Assembly (NCBI RefSeq): GCF_036365525.1
Contig: NC_090409.1
Location: 39,504,437 to 39,568,436, forward strand
DNA from: Heterodontus francisci
Lineage: Eukaryota
Reading direction: 5' to 3'
Length of the DNA stretch: 64,000 bases
Positions 59,001 through 64,000 of the stretch are shown piece after piece (position 1 is the stretch's first letter; each line of letters opens with the position of its first letter). Below the pieces are notes generated by a model, which searched no databases, was not told the origin of the DNA, and worked only from the letters and a program-made list of their open reading frames with translations. A program made the position numbers and the translations under genes.

Positions 59001-62000
59001 CTTTAATACAGGAACCGGACTCTGGGTCGATCCGACTGAACCCCTTTAATACAGGAACCGGACTCTGGGTCGATCCGACTGAACCCCTTTAATACAGGAA
59101 CCGGACTCTGGGTCGATCCGACTGAACCCCTTTAATACAGGAACCGGACTCTGGGTCGATCCGACTGAACCCCTTTAATACAGGAACCGGACTCTGGGTC
59201 GATCCGACTGAACCCCTTTAATACAGGAACCGGACTCTGTGTCGATCCGACTGAACCCCTTTAATACAGGAACCGGACTCTGTGTCGATCCGACTGAACC
59301 CCTTTAATACAGGAACCGGAATCTGGGTCGATCCGACTGAACCCCTTTAATACAGGAACCGGACTCTGGGTCGATCCGACTGAACCCCTTTAATACAGGA
59401 ACCGGACTCTGGGTCGATCCGACTGAACCCCTTTAATACAGGAACCGGACTCTGGGTCGATCCGACTGAACCCCTTTAATACAGGAACCGGACTCTGGGT
59501 CGATCCGACTGAACCCCTTTAATACAGGAACCGGACTCTGGGTCGATCCGACTGAACCCCTTTAATACAGGAACCGGACTCTGGGTCGATCCGACTGAAC
59601 CCCTTTAATACAGGAACCGGACTCTGGGTCGATCCGACTGAACCCCTTTAATACAGGAACCGGACTCTGGGTCGATCCGACTGAACCCCTTTAATACAGG
59701 AACCGGACTCTGGGTCGATCCGACTGAACCCCTTTAATACAGGAACCGGACTCTGGGTCGATCTGACTGAACCCCTTTAATACAGGAACCGGACTCTGGG
59801 TCGTCCGACTGAACCCCTTTAATACAGGAACCGGACTCTGGGTCGATCCGACTGAACCCCTTTAATACAGGAACCGGACTCTGGGTCGATCTGACTGAAC
59901 CCCTTTAATACAGGAACCGGACTCTGGGTCGATCCGACTGAACCCCTTTAATACAGGAACCGGACTCTGGGTCGATCCGACTGAACCTCTTTAATACAGG
60001 AACCGGACTCTGGGTCGATCCGACTGAACCCCTTTAATACAGGAACCAGACTCCGGGTCGATCCGACTGACCCCTTCAATACAGGAACCGGACTCTGGGT
60101 CGATCCGACTGAACCCCTTTAATACAGGAACCGGACACTGGGTCGATCCGACTGAACCCCTTTAATACAGGAACCGGACTCTGGGTCGATCCGACTGAAC
60201 CCCTTTAATACAGGAACCGGACTCTGGGTCGATCCGACTGAACCCCTTTAATACAGGAACCGGACTCTGGGTCGATCCGACTGAACCCCTTTAATACAGG
60301 AACCGGACTCTGGGTCGATCCGACTGAACCCCTTTAATACATGAACAGGACTCTGGGTCGATCCGACTGAACCCCTTTAATACAGGAACCGGACTCTGGG
60401 TCGATCCGACTGAACCCCTTTAATACAGGAACCGGACTCTGGGTCGATCCGACTGAACCTCTTTAATACAGGAACCGGACTCTGGGTCGATCCGACTGAA
60501 CCCCTTTAATACAGGAACCGGACTCTGGGTCGATCCGACTGAACCCCTTTAATACATGAACAGGACTCTGGGTCGATCTGACTGAACCCCTTTAATACAG
60601 GAACCAGACTCTGGGTCGATCCGACTGAACCCCTTTAATACAGGAACCAGACTCTGGGTCGATCCGACTGAACCCCTTTAATACGGGAACCGGACTCTGG
60701 GTCGATCCGACTGAACCCCTTTAATACAGGAACCGGACTCTGGGTCGATCTGACTGAACCCCTTTAATACAGGAACCGGACTCTGGGTCGATCCGACTGA
60801 ACCCCTTTAATACAGGAACCGGACTCTGGGTCGATCCGACTGAACCCCTTTAATACAGGAACCGGACTCTGGGTCGATCCGACTGAACCCCTTAAATACA
60901 GGAACCAGACTCTGGGTCGATCCGACTGAACCCCTTTAATACAGGAACCGGACTCTGGGTCGAACCGACTGAACCCCTTTAATACAGGAACCGGACTCTG
61001 GGTCGATCCGACTGAACCCCTTTAATACAGGAACCAGACTCTGGGTCGATCCGACTGAACCCCTTTAATACAGGAACCAGACTCTGGGTCGATCCGACTG
61101 AACCCCTTTAATACAGGAACCGGACTCTGGGTCGATCTGACTGAACCCCTTTAATACAGGAACCAGACTCTGCGGTCGATCCGACTGAACCCCTTTAATA
61201 CAGGAACCGGACTCTGGGTCGATCCGACTGAACCCCTTTAATACAGGAACCGGACTCTGGGTCGATCTGACTGAACCCCTTTAATACAGGAACCAGACTC
61301 TGGGTCGATCCGACTGAACCCCTTTAATACAGGAACCAGACTCTGGGTCGATCCGACTGAACCCCTTTAATACGGGAACCGGACTCTGGTTCGATCCGAC
61401 TGAACCCCTTTAATACGGGAACCGGACTCTGGGTCGATCCGACTGAACCCCTTTAATACGGGAACCGGACTCTGGGTCGATCCGACTGAACCCCTTTAAT
61501 ACGGGAACCGGACTCTGGGTCGATCCGACTGAACCCCTTTAATACAGGAACCGGACACTGGGTCGATCCGACTGAACCCCTTTAATACAGGAACCGGACT
61601 CTTGGTCGATCCGACTGAACCCCTTTAATACAGGAACCAGACTCTGCGGTCGATCCGACTGAACCCCTTTAATACAGGAACCGGACTCTGGGTCGATCCG
61701 ACTGAACCCCTTTAATACAGGAACCGGACTCTGGGTCGATCCGACTGAACCACTTTAATACAGGAACCGGACTCTGGGTCGATCTGACTGAACCCCTTTA
61801 ATACAGGAACCAGACTCTGGGTCGATCCGACTGAACCCCTTTAATACGGGAACCGGACTCTGGTTCGATCCGACTGAACCCCTTTAATACGGGAACCGGA
61901 CTCTGGGTCGATCCGACTGAACCCCTTTAATACGGGAACCGGACTCTGGGTCGATCCGACTGAACCCCTTTAATACGGGAACCGGACTCTGGGTCGATCC

Positions 62001-64000
62001 GACTGAACCCCTTTAATACAGGAACCGGACACTGGGTCGATCCGACTGAACCCCTTTAATACAGGAACCGGACACTGGGTCGATCCGACTGAACCCCTTA
62101 AATACAGGAGCCAGACTCTGGGTCGATGCGACTGAACCCCTTTAATACAGAAACCGGACTCTGGGTCGATCCGACTGAACCCCTTTAAAACAGGAACCGG
62201 ACTCTGGGTCGATCCGACTGAACCCCTTTAATACAGGAACCAGACTCTGGGTCGATCGGACTGAACCCCTTTAATACGGGAACCGGACTCTGGGTCGATC
62301 CGACTGAACCCCTTAAATACAGGAACCAGACTCTGGGTCGATCGGACTGAACCCCTTTAATACGGGAACCGGACTCTGGGTCGATCCGACTGAACCCCTT
62401 AAATACAGGAACCAGACTCTGGGTCGATCCGACTGAACCCCTTTAATACGGGAACCGGACTCTGAGTCGATCCGACTGAACCCCTTAAATACAGGAACCA
62501 GACTCTGGGTCGATCGGACTGAACCCCTTTAATACGGGAACCGGACTCTGGGTCGATCCGACTGAACCCCTTAAATACAGGAACCAGACTCTGGGTCGAT
62601 CGGACTGAACCCCTTTAATACGGGAACCGGACTCTGGGTCGATCCGACTGAACCCCTTAAATACAGGAACCAGACTCTGGGTCGATCGGACTGAACCCCT
62701 TTAATACGGGAACCGGACTCTGGGTCGACCCGACTGAACCCCTTAAATACAGGAACCAGACTCTGGGTCGATCGGACTGAACCCCTTTAATACGGGAACC
62801 GGACTCTGGGTCGATCCGACTGAACCCCTTAAATACAGGAACCAGACTCTGGGTCGATCGGACTGAACCCCTTTAATACGGGAACCGGACTCTGGGTCGA
62901 TCGGACTGAACCCCTTTAATACGGGAACCGGACTCTGGGTCGGTCCGACTGAACTCCTTAAATACAGGAACCGGACTCTGGGTCGATCCGACTGAACCCC
63001 TTTAATAAGGGAACCCGACTCTGGGTCGATCCGACTGAACCCCTTTAAAACAGGAACCGGACTCTGGGTCGATCCGACTGAACCCCTTTAAAACAGGAAC
63101 CGGACTCTGGGTCGATCCGACTGAACCCCTTTAATACAGGAACCAGACTCTGGGTCGATCCGACTGAACCCCTTTAATACAGGAACCGGACTCTGGGTCG
63201 ATCCGGCTGAACCCCTTTAATACAGGAACCAGACTCTGGGTCAATCCGGCTGAACCCCTTTAATACAGGAACCGGACTCTGGGTCGATCCGGCTGAACCC
63301 CTTTAATACAGGAACCAGACTCTGGGTCGATCCGGCTGAACCCCTTTAATACAGGAACCGGACTCTGGGTCGATCCGGCTGAACCCCTTTAATACAGGAA
63401 CCGGACTCTGGGTCGATCCGGCTGAACCCCTTTAATACAGGAACCGGACTCTGGGTCGATCCGACTAAACCCCTTAAATACAGGAACCGGACTCTGGGTC
63501 GATCCGACTGAACCCCTTTAATACAGGAACCAGACTCTGGGTCGATCCGGCTGAACCCCTTTAATACAGGAACCGGACTCTGGGTCGATCCGGCTGAACC
63601 CCTTTAATACAGGAACCGGACTCTGGGTCGATCCGACTGAACCCCTTTAATACAGGAACCGGACTCTGGGTCGATCCGACTGAACCCCTTAAATACAGGA
63701 ACCAGACTCTGGGTCGATGCGACTGAACCCCTTTAATACAGAAACCGGACTCTGGGTCGATCCGACTGAACCCCTTTAAAACAGGCACCGGACTCTGGGT
63801 CGATCCGACTGAACCCCTTTAAAACAGGAACCGGACTCTGGGTCGATCCGACTGAACCCCTTTAATACAGGAACCGGACTCTGGGTCGATCCGACTGAAC
63901 CCCTTTAAAACAGGAACCGGACTCTGGGTCGATCCGACTGAACCCCTTAAATACAGGAACCAGACTCTGGGTCGATCTGACTGAACCCCTTTAATACAGG
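56026..64000. repeat. 43-bp satellite array (~185 units in window; continues beyond)
   Basis: Unit CTGAACCCCTTTAATACRGGAACCRGACTCTGGGTCGATCCGA; period 43 (56026 to 56069). Confidence 0.99.

Noticed and set aside
56026-64000. CRISPR array or ribozyme-bearing satellite
   Set aside because: Head-to-tail units with no unique spacers, no cas genes, eukaryotic context. No CUGAnGA/GAAA hammerhead core on either strand.

Overview
Vertebrate genomic DNA, most likely cartilaginous fish (inferred from the repeat complement: CR1, DeuSINE-like and tRNA SINEs, Penelope, Gmr1-type gypsy). It is a segmentally duplicated, transposon-dense locus built around a multicopy immunoglobulin-superfamily gene. One complete, phase-consistent spliced gene can be reconstructed on the minus strand: leader 21705-21555, IgV 20422-20099, linker 18773-18735, IgV 18072-17746, TM 14900-14795, tail 13633-13459 (373 aa). 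It encodes a B7/CD276/butyrophilin-like V-V-TM protein with no IgC, no B30.2 domain and no cytoplasmic Tyr. The 3' end of a convergent paralog lies at 130-1564 (+). Two more intact leader exons (32515-32662 and 54748-54898) have no V exon of their own in the window. The start codon of each leader lies inside an ~81-bp G-rich repeat unit present in 1, 2, 6, 11 and ~55 copies at five paralogous sites. Other content: a full-length RTE LINE with an intact ORF (34110-38767); a pol-less endogenous retrovirus with a tRNA-Asn PBS, decayed env and 4-bp TSD (47568-52677, -); a Gmr1-type gypsy relic; Penelope elements with hammerhead motifs; many CR1/SINE fragments; and a 43-bp satellite (56026 to window end) whose unamplified single-copy seed survives at ~6035. 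All family assignments come from motif recognition by eye, not database searches.
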